IMG/VR virus record: IMGVR_UViG_3300042191_000124
Location: 1-44,532 of that record
Origin: a virus
Lineage: Duplodnaviria > Caudoviricetes
Length of the DNA stretch: 44,532 nt
Strand: one strand, 5' to 3'
The translations under genes and the position numbers were made by a program. The notes below the pieces were generated by a model that was given only the letters and a program-made list of their open reading frames with translations, did not search any database and was not told where the DNA came from. This document shows, one piece after another, positions 44,421-44,532 of the stretch (its first letter is position 1; each line of letters starts with the position of its first letter).

Positions 44421-44532
44421 GTCCGCGGACACCCGCGACGCCCACACTCAGGAAGGACCCGCGGGGATGCGCGTCAGGCCGTGCACGTTGATGCGGTGCC
44501 CCTTCGGCAAGCCGAGCATGTTGAAGCTCACC
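44421..44532 (+). repeat. Direct terminal repeat, right copy
   Basis: Matches 1-112 at 111 of 112 positions. Confidence 0.97.

Noticed and set aside
1-44532. Many long plus-strand and alternate-frame ORFs (e.g. 1746-3296, 6300-8123, 27532-29250, 35468-37147)
   Set aside because: Antisense or shifted shadows of real genes in high-GC DNA; no motifs and Arg/Pro/Gly-biased composition.

Overview
The window is an apparently complete, circular, GC-rich temperate siphophage genome of about 44,420 bp. It has a 112-bp terminal overlap with 1 mismatch and is opened at a lambda-like cos region. Almost all genes are on the minus strand. Late region: lambda-type terminase, gpW-like protein, portal, a three-gene insert with a 20-aa-repeat protein, fused HK97 protease-capsid, tail tube, chaperone with a -1 frameshift, short tape measure, large tail-tip protein, and lysis cassette. 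A cI/cro-like switch sits at about 19.3-19.4 kb. The long early operon carries Gam-like, SSAP-like, SbcD, Dam, initiator-like and integrase genes plus many nucleases. Most notable items: (1) a ~450-nt intergenic tile of six closed-stem RNA modules, including a perfect-stem non-canonical tRNA cloverleaf and a D-armless fMet-tRNA-like element; (2) a TPR-glycosyltransferase + FkbM methyltransferase module next to cos; (3) a tRNA-derived attP inside the integrase ORF; (4) three promoter-leader-terminator modules in front of late genes with no recognisable Q; (5) an antisense lipoprotein moron abutting the tail-tip gene. All family calls are from motif recognition by eye and no searches were run. 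Many starts were moved from the ORF-track start to coupled or RBS-supported starts.
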